Shown: positions 22,719 through 32,218, numbered from the stretch's first letter. The stretch is DNA of 33,023 bases from an uncultured Aquaspirillum sp. (GCA_964635875.1 CAZWRK010000044.1:1-33023); one strand, 5' to 3'. Translations and numbers: made by a program. Notes: a model not told the origin generated them from the letters alone.

Positions 22719-23636
22719 TTAGTGTGATTCTTGTGGCAAGGGTTTTTGCAGGCGTGGCACCCCATCGCGGTCGATTTTGGCGGGATAGATCGTCCAACTG
22801 AAGGTCGATTCGGGCGAAATGCGCAGTTGCAGCGCCCAGCCGGTGGTGGTTTCGGTGTTGTTGAACCCATTAAACACAAAGTTCCCCAAGCTATAAAAAA
22901 TCGGCTTGCCGCGATAGGTTTCAATGTCTTGCGTCACATGCGGATGGCCGCCGATCACCACATCCGCCCCCGCGTCGATCATCCGATGCGCTAATTGCTG
23001 TTGGCGCGGCGAATGGGTTTTTTCATACTCCCAGCCCCAATGCGGATACACAATCACGATATCCGCCTGATCGCGCGTTTTCGCCTGCTGAATGTCAAAG
23101 ACCACCTGATCATCATCACTCCACGCAATCCCCGCTCGGTCGGGCAAGGCTTCGAAGCTGCGCGGAAAAAATTCGTTGTAGCCCAAAATCGCAATCGTTT
23201 TACCGTGGCGTTTGACGATCCACGGCCGATGCGCTTCCCGCAGATTTTTCCCGCCGCCAAAGTAGGGCAATCCGGCTTGATCCAAATGTGTCAGCATTTC
23301 GGCAAACGCCTGTGGGCCGAAGTCGCCGCTGTGATTATTGGCGAGTGAAACCGCATCAAAATGTTTTTTCAGCACCGAAAGCACCCGCGGGTGAGCGCGA
23401 AAGGTGTACGGCTTGGGCTCGGCGGTGCCGCGATGGGCAACGGTGCATTCCAAATTGCCGATGGTTAAATCCGCCTCGCGAAACAAGGGCGCAAACTCGG
23501 CAAACGGATCGCGGCCTTGGCGGATCAACTCACCGGGGCGTTCCGCCAACATCAAATCCCCGACAAACATCAATTGAAGGTCGCGCGCGTGAACCGCCGC
23601 CGACAGCATGAGACAAGCAAGTAAAAGTAGGCGCAT
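22719..23636 (-). CDS. CapA-family metallophosphatase (poly-gamma-glutamate synthesis CapA-like), secreted
   Basis: It has a signal peptide (MRLLLLACLMLSAAVHA). Calcineurin-like phosphoesterase motifs follow: GDLM, GNLE, NNH, GGHPH, GNF. Confidence 0.75.
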   Translation of the reverse strand: MRLLLLACLMLSAAVHARDLQLMFVGDLMLAERPGELIRQGRDPFAEFAPLFREADLTIGNLECTVAHRGTAEPKPYTFRAHPRVLSVLKKHFDAVSLANNHSGDFGPQAFAEMLTHLDQAGLPYFGGGKNLREAHRPWIVKRHGKTIAILGYNEFFPRSFEALPDRAGIAWSDDDQVVFDIQQAKTRDQADIVIVYPHWGWEYEKTHSPRQQQLAHRMIDAGADVVIGGHPHVTQDIETYRGKPIFYSLGNFVFNGFNNTETTTGWALQLRISPESTFSWTIYPAKIDRDGVPRLQKPLPQESH

Positions 23637-23654
23637 AGCAAAACGTTTTCCAGA

Positions 23655-24035
23655 TTAAGAGCACCGGCTACGACATTGAAATGAAAGTTCGCGTTCCATC
23701 GAATGGGAATACACGCGCTGCAGCCCCAAGCCGTCTTGATAGCGGCTGCAGTGCGCCGGTGGCAACACCGATTCGCTCGCATGAATCAACACATAGCGTT
23801 CTTTGCCGTCGTGATAGACGTAGGTTTTAAAAACATTGCGCGACGTAAGGTATTGAATCGACATCCGAAAATAACCGGGCAGGTCGATGCTGTCGAGTTG
23901 GTAAGGATCGGCTTGCGGAGTGGTGTGCAGGGTGAACTTTTTCCCCGCCGATTGAATATCACACACCATCTCTAGGGCATGTGCCAACGATGGGCATAGG
24001 CACAGCAAAAAAATAAAGGATCGAAGATTCATCAT
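23655..24035 (-). CDS. small secreted hypothetical protein (126 aa, signal peptide, Cys-containing)
   Basis: An ORF with an N-terminal signal peptide (MMNLRSFIFLLCLCPSLAHA) lies 18 nt downstream of the capA-like gene. No family is recognised. Confidence 0.45.
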   Translation of the reverse strand: MMNLRSFIFLLCLCPSLAHALEMVCDIQSAGKKFTLHTTPQADPYQLDSIDLPGYFRMSIQYLTSRNVFKTYVYHDGKERYVLIHASESVLPPAHCSRYQDGLGLQRVYSHSMERELSFQCRSRCS

Positions 24036-24335
24036 CTACCTTGGTCAATTTGGAAGCGTGTTTGAGGCCGAATTACAGGTGATTTCAGAACGTTTATTGC
24101 GCGGTGTAGTCCTTTGTGCTGATGGCTGAATGAATCATACGTAGAACATTGCTTCTTTTATGGCATTTTTATTGCTTTATTGCAGTAAAAAATCAAAAAA
24201 TATTCTTTTTTGATTTTGTTTGCATGCATGTTAAAAATTTAAACAAATAAAGAATATTTTCTGAGCTTTCACTCTATATACTGGCCGAGTTTTGAATACC
24301 GTGTGCTTTCTATTTGACGAGTGATCGAGGGACTT
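24036..24335 (+). promoter_or_regulatory. AT-rich intergenic regulatory region upstream of the MCP gene with nested inverted repeats
   Basis: It is far more AT-rich than the surrounding DNA (about 35% GC against about 60%). A perfect 12-bp inverted repeat AAAATCAAAAAA-TATTC-TTTTTTGATTTT lies at 24189-24217. Its core AAAATATTCTTT (24197-24208) recurs inverted as AAAGAATATTTT at 24249-24260. TGCATGCATG lies at 24221-24230. GAGGGA is the MCP RBS. Confidence 0.45.
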
Positions 24336-25961
24336 ATGCTGGCCAATCTAAAAATTAAACACCGATTATCGCTGTTGATTCTCGGTGTTTTAATTCTGTT
24401 ATTTGTACTGTCTGCGTATAGCTTAATGATGTTGAAAGACAACATTATGGACGCCCGACGTGAAAAAACCCGTCAAGTTGTCGAGATGGCCTATAGCTTG
24501 GCCGAACACTACGGAAAATTGGCTGACAAGGGTGTGATGTCGCAGGCCGATGCCAAAGAAGCCGCAATGAGCAGCATTGCCGCTTTGCGTTACGAGGGCG
24601 ACAACTATTTTAGCCAGTACGACACCGAATACCATATGGCACGCCACCCCTTTAAAGCCGAGCTCAACGGCAAAGATTTGTCCGGCCTAAAAGACAGTCA
24701 GGGCGTCAAAATTGTGGTCGAATTAGTCGATGCCGCCAAACGTGGCAAAGGTGAGTTTGTCGAATACTTGTGGCCACGCGGTGCCGACAAAACACCAGTT
24801 CCTAAGCTCGCCACTGCCAAACTGTATGCGCCGTGGGGCTTAGTGATTCAGTCCGGTATTTATATTGATGACGTTGAAACACAATACCAGCAAGCCGCCA
24901 AAATGCTGGGAATCGGTATCTTATTTGGAATGTTATTGCTGATAGGGTCTTCATGGTGGATGGCCTCTAGCATTAGCCAGCCGTTGACTCGTCTCGCTGC
25001 TCGGATGAGCGAAGTCGCGGAAACCGGCGACTTGCAGCATCCCTTACCTGTCGAGAGCGGCGCAGAAATGGGCGATATCACCGTAGCGTTTAATAGCTTA
25101 ACGCGCCGCTTTGGTGTGATCTTGCGCGAAGTCGCCAACAGTGCTCAGCATCTCAACCGTGCGACCGAACAACTCACACACACCATTGCACAAGTCGAAG
25201 AAAGCTCCGAGCAACAAAGCAGCTCCGCGACCGCGACCGCCGCGACGGTCGAAGAAATTACCATGAGCTTGGGACAAATTACGGGCAATTTGAACCGCTT
25301 ACAAGGCATCGCCGATACTTCGCAAACCCTGACCCAAGAAGGGCAGCAAGTGGTGGGCAACGCATCGGAAGAAATGCGCCGCATCACCCAGTCCGTTCAA
25401 GAAACTGCAGAAGCCGTGACCGCGCTCGGCGAAGATTCACGGCGTATTTCAGACATTGTTGCCGTGATTCGCGATGTTGCGGATCAAACCAATTTGTTGG
25501 CTTTGAACGCTGCGATTGAAGCGGCTCGCGCTGGAGAAAGTGGTCGTGGCTTTGCTGTGGTCGCGGATGAAGTCCGCAAACTGGCAGAACGAACCGCGCA
25601 ATCGACCCAACAAATCACCGAGATGATTTCGAGTATTCAAGAGGGTACGCAGCAAACTGTTTCGCGGATTCAGAGCGTTTCGGAGCGAGCAACACGGGGC
25701 TTAGAGCTGGCTAACTCGGCAGGTCACTCGGTCGAGGATATTGATCGCAGTGTGGGTGAGGTATCGCATGTGGTGCGCGATATTGCACGTGCCGCCGCTG
25801 AGCAACATGCGGCAGGGGACAATATCGCCAGCCATATTGAGCAAATTTCCGCCCAAGCCCAAGCCAATGCCACCGTGATTCGCGAGGTCGGGCATTCGGC
25901 GCAGTTGCTAGAAGACATGGCGGCGCGGCTTTCCAAAGAAATTAGCCAATTCAAGATGTAA
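24336..25961 (+). CDS. methyl-accepting chemotaxis protein with periplasmic single-Cache-type sensor, HAMP and MCP signalling domain
   Basis: TM1 ([22 protein letters not shown]) is followed by a ~150-aa periplasmic domain. TM2, HAMP and the methyl-accepting domain follow, with the highly conserved [41 protein letters not shown] 24336 is preferred over the in-frame GTG at 24321. Confidence 0.85.
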   Translation: MLANLKIKHRLSLLILGVLILLFVLSAYSLMMLKDNIMDARREKTRQVVEMAYSLAEHYGKLADKGVMSQADAKEAAMSSIAALRYEGDNYFSQYDTEYHMARHPFKAELNGKDLSGLKDSQGVKIVVELVDAAKRGKGEFVEYLWPRGADKTPVPKLATAKLYAPWGLVIQSGIYIDDVETQYQQAAKMLGIGILFGMLLLIGSSWWMASSISQPLTRLAARMSEVAETGDLQHPLPVESGAEMGDITVAFNSLTRRFGVILREVANSAQHLNRATEQLTHTIAQVEESSEQQSSSATATAATVEEITMSLGQITGNLNRLQGIADTSQTLTQEGQQVVGNASEEMRRITQSVQETAEAVTALGEDSRRISDIVAVIRDVADQTNLLALNAAIEAARAGESGRGFAVVADEVRKLAERTAQSTQQITEMISSIQEGTQQTVSRIQSVSERATRGLELANSAGHSVEDIDRSVGEVSHVVRDIARAAAEQHAAGDNIASHIEQISAQAQANATVIREVGHSAQLLEDMAARLSKEISQFKM

Positions 25962-25968
25962 TCTTGCT

Positions 25969-25993
25969 GCGCCCCTCACCGCATGGGGGGCGC
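25969..25993. terminator. GC-rich hairpin between convergent MCP and HD-GYP genes (gcgcccc-tcaccgcatgg-ggggcgc)
   Basis: A 7-bp stem is present. The T-tracts are weak on both sides. Confidence 0.5.
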
Positions 25994-26003
25994 TTAAAAC
26001 GGT

Positions 26004-27125
26004 TCAGCCAATGATGCCGCCTTGTTCCATCAGGCGACGAATCACCCGATTGAACGGGGCGATAAAGGCGGGGTCAAACTGATTTTCACAGGCATTGACT
26101 TCGGCAGCAGCGCGCAAGGCGGATAGCTTATGGCCGCGATGGCTGTGTTTCAGGTTGACCGCTTCAAAGGCATCGACAATCGCTAAAATTTTCGCACCGG
26201 CGCAAATGTCCTCGCCTTTGAGCCCGAGCGGGTAGCCGCGCCCAGAGGGCATTTCGTGATGCTGTTCCACAATCTGCACGGCTGTTTCCCAGCGTGGAAT
26301 CCGACGCAAAATCCCGGCCGCCCAATCGGGGTGCGAGCGCAGCATTTCACGATCAGCAGGACTCAGCCGATCGACTTTCAGCCAGACGTTTTCCGCTAAA
26401 AACATCATCCCCACATCGTGCATATAAACCGCCGCTTCGAGCTGCAACGGGTCAACCAGCATGCCTGCTTCTTTATTGGTGGCTTCGGCGAGCAATAACA
26501 CACGGTTGGTACGCCCTTCAAGGTGGGGCGAGCGTTGCTCAAGCTGACGCGCGAGCCGCTCAAAAAAGCGTAAATCGGCCTCTGGTTCGACTTCTTGCAC
26601 AGGCTGGCGCGGCAACGCCTCTTCCGGCATGCTGATTTCGGTATCAACTGCGCTGGCGGGCCGAAATCCTGTGACTGCTTCAATCAGCTCAATCGCGCGC
26701 TGCAATAAAAGATTGGTATCGCTAAATGCGAGGTTTTCAAGCCCTTCGATCAACTCGTCGAGTTGCAGATAATCCAGTGTCCGATGCTCTACCAGCGCTT
26801 CAATCGCTTGTTCCAAGCGGTCGATGGCCAACAAAATCGCTTCGCCCAATAAAGGCGAAAAGAAAATCTCGCCTTCGCGCAAACGAGATAGCAAGGTTTC
26901 GATCGGTTCTGCTAGGCGAACCCCTAACGCCAGTTTGCACAGCGCCGCATCGCCTTTGAGATTGTGCATGGCACGAAATAGCCCGGCCAAAATCTCTCGT
27001 GAGCGGGGGGCTTCGCGTAGGCGTGCAATGTCGCGCTCAATCGCGGGGGCAATGTCTGCGAGTGACTCGACAAAATCTTGAAAAGAGTCGGGGTCATACG
27101 AACGGTACGACATGGGGTTGTTCAT
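26004..27125 (-). CDS. HD-GYP domain c-di-GMP phosphodiesterase with N-terminal Hpt-like domain
   Basis: The C-terminus carries HD...HHExxxGxGYP (MHDVGM, VEQHHEMPSGRGYPLGLKGEDI). The N-terminus has an Hpt-like motif FRAMHNLKGDAALCKLA (H-x2-KG-x-A). The start is chosen at MNNPMSY because of the GGAG RBS. The ORF track extends to 27203. Confidence 0.75.
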   Translation of the reverse strand: MNNPMSYRSYDPDSFQDFVESLADIAPAIERDIARLREAPRSREILAGLFRAMHNLKGDAALCKLALGVRLAEPIETLLSRLREGEIFFSPLLGEAILLAIDRLEQAIEALVEHRTLDYLQLDELIEGLENLAFSDTNLLLQRAIELIEAVTGFRPASAVDTEISMPEEALPRQPVQEVEPEADLRFFERLARQLEQRSPHLEGRTNRVLLLAEATNKEAGMLVDPLQLEAAVYMHDVGMMFLAENVWLKVDRLSPADREMLRSHPDWAAGILRRIPRWETAVQIVEQHHEMPSGRGYPLGLKGEDICAGAKILAIVDAFEAVNLKHSHRGHKLSALRAAAEVNACENQFDPAFIAPFNRVIRRLMEQGGIIG

Positions 27126-27209
27126 TTTGTGCTCCAAGGCATGTACTTTGAGCATAGTGTATGCATACCTTGGAGCGCTTCGAAATGTCAAAATGCAAAA
27201 CATTTGATG

Positions 27210-27244
27210 AAAAGGGTGCGTTCGGTGTGAGAAAAACCGAACGC
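27210..27244 (-). terminator. terminator of tpx on minus strand (gcgttcgg-11 nt-ccgaacgc then TTTT)
   Basis: An 8-bp stem is followed by a T-run on the minus strand. Confidence 0.55.
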
Positions 27245-27255
27245 GGCAGGGAAAA

Positions 27256-27753
27256 TCAGCCTAGTACCGCCAAAGCCGCAGTGTAATCCGGCTCGTTGGC
27301 AATTTCGCCGACCAGTTCGGCGTGAAGCACAACATTGTTTTCATCCAGCACCACCACCGCACGGGCGGTCAGACCTGTGAGCGGGCCGCTGGCAATCGCT
27401 ACGCCGTAGTTGCTCATAAAAGCAGGGTCACGCAGCGTCGATAAGGTCGAAACTTGGTTCAAGCCTTCTGCGCCACAAAACCGGCTTTGCGCAAACGGTA
27501 AATCGGCCGAAATGCACAGCACCGCGGTGTTCGCGATGGCGGCGGCTTTTTCGTTGAATTTACGCACCGACGTTGCGCACGTCGCGGTGTCGATACTCGG
27601 GAAGATATTCAGCACTTTGCGTTGACCTGCAAAGTCGGCGAGCGTTTTGTTCGACAAATCAGCAGCCACCAACTGAAAATCTGCAGCAGTATCGCCGACA
27701 GTCGGAAAACGGCCGGTTACTTCGATAGGATTGCCTTTTAGGGTCACGCTCAT
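27256..27753 (-). CDS. tpx: thiol peroxidase (atypical 2-Cys peroxiredoxin)
   Basis: Tpx signature regions [12 protein letters not shown] (peroxidatic Cys) and the resolving Cys context are present. The start is chosen at MSVTLKG because of the GGAGAATAGCA RBS. Confidence 0.85.
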   Translation of the reverse strand: MSVTLKGNPIEVTGRFPTVGDTAADFQLVAADLSNKTLADFAGQRKVLNIFPSIDTATCATSVRKFNEKAAAIANTAVLCISADLPFAQSRFCGAEGLNQVSTLSTLRDPAFMSNYGVAIASGPLTGLTARAVVVLDENNVVLHAELVGEIANEPDYTAALAVLG

Positions 27754-27808
27754 TGCTATTCTCCACGCGGGTGAGATCAAGTGAAATGCAGGCGCATGGC
27801 CTGCCTTC

Positions 27809-28660
27809 TTACAGTGTGGGAGTGTGGTCAGCCAATTTCAACCGCGTTGCTGGCATGGGATTACGGCGCGATGGCCGAAAGTAATCGGTATCCCGATAAA
27901 ACGCCGGATCGGCATTGGCAGGCCAGTCGTGCGGAATCCCTAAAACCGGCAACGGCGGCAGCTGGCGCGGGGTCGATAATTGCGTAGGGTCGGACAAGGC
28001 CCGAGCGCAGCGCCGATCCAAATGCGCGCGTTGTTTGGCGGGCGACGCGGCAAAAAAAGTCGGCTCGACTTCAATCAACCATGCCTTCGCTGTCCAGCCG
28101 ATAAACGGCGTGAGCGATGCTTCTGCAATCGCATGGCCGATGGTGTGGGCGGCAATGTCTCGCCCCCACGCATCACGCCGTTCAACAAATAAATAGTGCC
28201 AATCCATCGCATCCAGCGCATCGGCCAAGCGCGAATCCGCATACGGCACCAACACTCCCGACTCATCCAGCAAGGTCGCCGCATCACGGTAAGGCCCGCG
28301 CCGCGATTCGCCCTGTTCGGCAATCGCCCAATGGTGGCGCTGATTCAACGCAGTTTTGAGGCGCGGCCACGCCAGCCACGCCAGCGCATTAAACCAATCA
28401 TGCCAATTTTGCGCGCGGGTCGGCACTTCGCCGGTTTGGGCAATGTGCATTTCGTAGTACGCCTCGGGGTCTAAATCCAGCACAAAACGTAGCGCTGTCG
28501 GTAGATCCGGCGTGTGCTGGCGGGCATGGTGGAGAAGCTGATCGTAATCGCCTTGAGTCGGCCAATCCGCGAGCGGATGCCACGCCGCCGCAAAGTCAAA
28601 ACTCGCACAACGCGGCCGCGTGGCCCAATCGGCGATCCATTCCGTCGGCGGGGTTAGCAT
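27809..28660 (-). CDS. conserved hypothetical protein (Trp/His-rich; possibly DUF3025-like)
   Basis: A 283-aa ORF with good codon usage. Its ATG overlaps the xthA stop (ATGCTAA context). No catalytic motif is recognised by eye. The DUF assignment is tentative. Confidence 0.55.
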   Translation of the reverse strand: MLTPPTEWIADWATRPRCASFDFAAAWHPLADWPTQGDYDQLLHHARQHTPDLPTALRFVLDLDPEAYYEMHIAQTGEVPTRAQNWHDWFNALAWLAWPRLKTALNQRHHWAIAEQGESRRGPYRDAATLLDESGVLVPYADSRLADALDAMDWHYLFVERRDAWGRDIAAHTIGHAIAEASLTPFIGWTAKAWLIEVEPTFFAASPAKQRAHLDRRCARALSDPTQLSTPRQLPPLPVLGIPHDWPANADPAFYRDTDYFRPSRRNPMPATRLKLADHTPTL

Positions 28661-29430
28661 GGGGCGTCCTGCAGAGTCAAAATCACCGGCGCATGATCAC
28701 TTGGGCGTTCATTTTTGCGGGTCGGCTTATCAATCTCACAGGCCACAGCCTGCGCACGGAGCGCCGCTGAAATCAAAATATGGTCGATGCGTAACCCTAA
28801 ATCCCGACGGAACATTGCCGCCCGATAATCCCACCAGCTATACAAACCGCCCTCAGCATGGAATATGCGATAGCTATCTTCCAGACCCAAATCGAGCAAG
28901 TTTTGCCACGCTTGCCGCTCCTGTGGCGAACACAGCAGGGCATCGGCGGCGGGGGCATAGGTGTCGCGGTCATCCGGCGCAATATTAAAATCGCCCAACA
29001 ACACCAGTTTGGGATAACGCGCCATTTCAGCCTGAACATAGCGCGTGAGCTGCTCGAACCACGCCAACTTGTAGGCAAATTTCTCCGAGCCGACTGCTTC
29101 GCCGTTCACGCAATACACGCAGATCACCCGCACATCGCCGACCGTCGCCGCAATCACTCGTGCTTGTGGATCGGCATAGTCGGGAATGCCCGACACCACA
29201 TCGGTCACGTTCCAGCCGTCGCGGGTCAGAATCGCCACGCCGTTATAGGTTTTTTGCCCGTACCACGCCGCCTGATAACCCGCCGCTTCGATTTCGGCCT
29301 GAGGAAACGCGCCTTGATCGAGTTTGAGTTCTTGCAAAACCAACACGTCAGCCGCGTGCTGCGCGAGCCAATCTTGTACCTGCGGCAATCGCACTTTTAA
29401 TGAGTTGACGTTCCATGTGGCGATTTTCAT
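28654..29430 (-). CDS. xthA: exodeoxyribonuclease III (AP endonuclease)
   Basis: MKIATWNVNSL, VLVLQELK and the C-terminal SDHAPV motif are present. GGAGA is the RBS. The start is chosen at 29430 rather than the upstream ATG at 29460. Confidence 0.9.
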   Translation of the reverse strand: MKIATWNVNSLKVRLPQVQDWLAQHAADVLVLQELKLDQGAFPQAEIEAAGYQAAWYGQKTYNGVAILTRDGWNVTDVVSGIPDYADPQARVIAATVGDVRVICVYCVNGEAVGSEKFAYKLAWFEQLTRYVQAEMARYPKLVLLGDFNIAPDDRDTYAPAADALLCSPQERQAWQNLLDLGLEDSYRIFHAEGGLYSWWDYRAAMFRRDLGLRIDHILISAALRAQAVACEIDKPTRKNERPSDHAPVILTLQDAPC

Positions 29431-29450
29431 GCGCGAGTCTCCTAAAAAAA

Positions 29451-29482
29451 TCACCGGCACCCACCTGAAGCGGGGCCGGTGT
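29451..29482 (-). terminator. hairpin plus T-run downstream of prlC (caccggc-18 nt-gccggtg, then TTTTTTT on minus strand)
   Basis: A 7-bp stem is followed on the minus strand by a 7-T run (plus-strand A-run 29444-29450), only about 14 nt before the xthA start. It is probably an attenuating or partial terminator. Confidence 0.5.
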
Positions 29483-29501
29483 AGGGTGGGGCGAAGTGGG
29501 C

Positions 29502-31538
29502 TTAGGCGGCGGTCATGCCCGAGTGGCGCAGCAGCGCATCCAGTTCAGGTTCACGGCCACGGAAGGCGGCGAACGATTCCAGCGCCGGACGCGAACCGCC
29601 GACGGCCAATACGGCTTGGCGGAATTGTTGGCCGGTGTGTGGGTTTGCGCCGCCCGCCTCTTCAAAGGCGGCATAGGCATCCGCCGACAGCACCTCTGCC
29701 CATTTATAGCTGTAATAACCCGCCGCGTAGCCGCCCGCAAAAATATGGCTAAAGCCATTCGCAAAGCGATTCCATTGCGGCGGAATATTCACCGCGACCT
29801 CTTGGCGAATTTCGGCCAGCAGAGCGTCCCAATCGCCGTGATGCGGGTCAAGCTGGCTGTGCAGCAGCATATCGAACAGCGAAAACTCAATCTGGCGCAC
29901 CGTCATCATGCCGCTTTGGAAGTTTTTCGCGGCCAACATCTTGTCAAACAGCGCACGCGGAATCGGCTCGCCGCTCTCGACATGGGCGCTCATGCCTTGC
30001 AGCACATCCCATTCCCAGCAGAAATTCTCCATAAACTGGCTCGGCAGCTCGACTGCATCCCATTCGACGCCGTTGATGCCCGACACGCTCAATTCGTTGA
30101 TTTCGGTTAACAGATGATGCAAGCCGTGACCAAATTCATGGAACAAAGTCGTCACTTCGTCATGGCTAAACAGCGCTGGTTTGTCGCCGACCGGTGCCGA
30201 GAAATTGCACACCAAATACGCCACCGGCGTTTGAATGCCGCCATCGGCCAAGGCGCGACGGCCACGGGCATCGTCCATCCATGCGCCGCCGCGTTTCGCT
30301 TCGCGGGCGTACAAATCGAACCAGAATTCGCCGAGGGTTTTGCCGTCTTGGCGAATTTCAAAGAAGCGCACATCGGGATGCCATGTTGGGGCTTGCGCTT
30401 GGACAACGTCGATGCCGTACAAGGTTTTGACGACATTAAACAAGCCCGCCAGCACTTTCGCTTCGGGGAAATACTGCTTCACTTCTTGCTCGGAGAAGGC
30501 GTAACGGGCGATGCGCAATTTCTCGCTGGCATAGGCAATGTCCCATGCTTCGAGCTGGTCGATGCCCAATTCGGCGCGGGCAAAGGCTTCGAGTTCTTCG
30601 CGGTCTTTGACGGCGAAAGGCTTGGCGCGGGCGGCGAGATCACGCAGGAAGCTCACCACTTTTTCGGGCGATTCGGCCATTTTGCTTTCGAGCGAAAGCT
30701 GGGCAAAGTTATCAAAACCCAAAAATTTCGCTTCTTCGGCGCGCAAGGTCAGCAATTCGCGAATCAGCGGCGCGTTATTCCATTCTTCTTTGCCAAATTC
30801 GGCGGCGCGGGTGGCGTAGGCGCGATAGAGCTGGGCGCGCAATTCGCGATCGTCGGCGTATTGCAGCACCGGATAATAGCTCGGGAATTTGAGGGTGATT
30901 TTGTAACCGGTTTCGCCGTCGGCTTGTGCGGCGAGTTGATACATGTTTTGCACGTCGTCGGGAATGCCGGTTAGACGCGCCGCATCGGTGATGATTAACG
31001 AGAAATCGTCGGTGGCGTCGAGTAAGTTTTGTTCAAACCGTGCCGAGAGTTCCGACAAGCGCATTTGAATCTCCATAAAACGCGGCTTGTCGGCTTCGGG
31101 CAGGTCGGCACCGGAGAGGCGGAAATCACGCAATTCATGTTCAATCACCGTGCGGCGTGCGGCAGACAGTTGCGCAAAATCGGGACGCTGGGCGATGGCT
31201 TTAAAGCGGGCAAACAGCGCCGGATTTTGACCAAGGCCGGTAAAAAATTCAGAAATTTTGGCGAGATTTTCGTTGTAGGCATCACGCAGTGCAGGCGTAT
31301 TGACGACCGAATTCAGATGCGACACCGGCCCCCACACGCGGCTGATTTGCTCGGTGGCGAGCGTGAGCGGCTCGACAAAGTGATCCCAATCTGCGGCTTC
31401 AATATCCAGCGTTTCGAGCGTGGCAATGACGGCGCGCGCGTGTTCGATGGCGTGGTCAATCGCGGGCGAAACGTGCTCCGGCAGAATGTCTTGAAAGCGC
31501 GGCAGACCCGAAAGGTCGAGAAGGGGGTTGGCAGACAT
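29502..31538 (-). CDS. prlC: oligopeptidase A (M3 family zinc metallopeptidase)
   Basis: 678 aa with the HEFGHGLHH zinc motif. M3 family similarity runs throughout. AAGGA is the RBS. Confidence 0.9.
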   Translation of the reverse strand: MSANPLLDLSGLPRFQDILPEHVSPAIDHAIEHARAVIATLETLDIEAADWDHFVEPLTLATEQISRVWGPVSHLNSVVNTPALRDAYNENLAKISEFFTGLGQNPALFARFKAIAQRPDFAQLSAARRTVIEHELRDFRLSGADLPEADKPRFMEIQMRLSELSARFEQNLLDATDDFSLIITDAARLTGIPDDVQNMYQLAAQADGETGYKITLKFPSYYPVLQYADDRELRAQLYRAYATRAAEFGKEEWNNAPLIRELLTLRAEEAKFLGFDNFAQLSLESKMAESPEKVVSFLRDLAARAKPFAVKDREELEAFARAELGIDQLEAWDIAYASEKLRIARYAFSEQEVKQYFPEAKVLAGLFNVVKTLYGIDVVQAQAPTWHPDVRFFEIRQDGKTLGEFWFDLYAREAKRGGAWMDDARGRRALADGGIQTPVAYLVCNFSAPVGDKPALFSHDEVTTLFHEFGHGLHHLLTEINELSVSGINGVEWDAVELPSQFMENFCWEWDVLQGMSAHVESGEPIPRALFDKMLAAKNFQSGMMTVRQIEFSLFDMLLHSQLDPHHGDWDALLAEIRQEVAVNIPPQWNRFANGFSHIFAGGYAAGYYSYKWAEVLSADAYAAFEEAGGANPHTGQQFRQAVLAVGGSRPALESFAAFRGREPELDALLRHSGMTAA

Positions 31539-31623
31539 AGCAAAATCCTTGTTCCAGCGCCCCCATGAGAGGTGCTGTCGTTTATGATGCGGTTTTTAGA
31601 GAAAGCACATGGGGACAAGCCCG

Positions 31624-32160
31624 ATGAATCGCAATATCCGTTCTTTTGATGGCATCACGCCACAACTTGCAGATTCTTGCTTTGTAGATGATAGCGCGCT
31701 GATTATTGGCGACTGTCACATGGGCGAAGACTGCTCGGTGTGGCCCATGGCGGTGATTCGCGCCGATGTGAATGCAGTTCGAATTGGCGCACGCACCAAT
31801 ATTCAAGATTTTACGATGATTCACCAAACCCACAAACGGCCCGAAGATCCCGAGGGTGCGCCGGTGTGGATTGGCGATGATGTCACGATCGGCCATCACG
31901 TGACCTTGCATGGTTGCACCATTCACGATCAAGTGTTGATCGGCATTGGCTCGATTGTGTTAGATCGCGCGGTGATTGATAAGCACGTGATTGTGGGCGC
32001 GAATAGCTTGGTGCCGCCGGGCAAACGTCTGGAATCGGGTTGGCTGTATATGGGCAGTCCGGTCAAGGCGGTGCGTAAGCTGACCGAAGACGAAATCGCA
32101 TGGTTTCAGTATTCGGCGGCGCATTACGTGCGGCTTGCGGCGAAGCATAAAACCGCATAA
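31624..32160 (+). CDS. gamma-class carbonic anhydrase family / hexapeptide-repeat protein (YrdA/PaaY-like)
   Basis: Left-handed beta-helix hexapeptide repeats are present. Strong collinearity with E. coli YrdA includes WPMAVIRADV..IGARTNIQD and LVPPGKRLESGWLYMGSPVK. Alignment favours the MNRNIRSF start (31624). The ORF track alternative is 31609. Confidence 0.8.
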   Translation: MNRNIRSFDGITPQLADSCFVDDSALIIGDCHMGEDCSVWPMAVIRADVNAVRIGARTNIQDFTMIHQTHKRPEDPEGAPVWIGDDVTIGHHVTLHGCTIHDQVLIGIGSIVLDRAVIDKHVIVGANSLVPPGKRLESGWLYMGSPVKAVRKLTEDEIAWFQYSAAHYVRLAAKHKTA

Positions 32161-32178
32161 CTCAGCATGTGGATTCAC

Positions 32179-32218
32179 GAAGGGGGCGCACCCATCGGTG
32201 CCGCCCCCTTCTTTCTTG
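32179..32218 (+). terminator. Rho-independent terminator (gaagggggcg-cacc-catc-ggtg-cgcccccttc-tttctt)
   Basis: A long GC-rich stem is followed by a T-rich tract. A second small hairpin gggcgac-cagaa-gtcgccc lies at 32225-32243. Confidence 0.8.

Noticed and set aside
24255-24285. Sigma-54 -24/-12 promoter (TGGCCGAGTTTTGAA) upstream of the MCP gene
   Set aside because: The GG is present but the GC of the -12 element is missing at the required spacing.
22686-27171. Recurrent ATGCAT-containing palindromes (terminator loop 22681-22692, TGCATGCATG 24221-24230, GTATGCATAC 27161-27170) as a shared regulatory motif
   Set aside because: A 6-mer palindrome is expected several times by chance in 33 kb. 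The contexts differ (a terminator loop versus promoters).
30114-30974. 286-aa plus-strand ORF inside prlC, plus 29496-30110
   Set aside because: Antisense to oligopeptidase A. No independent support.
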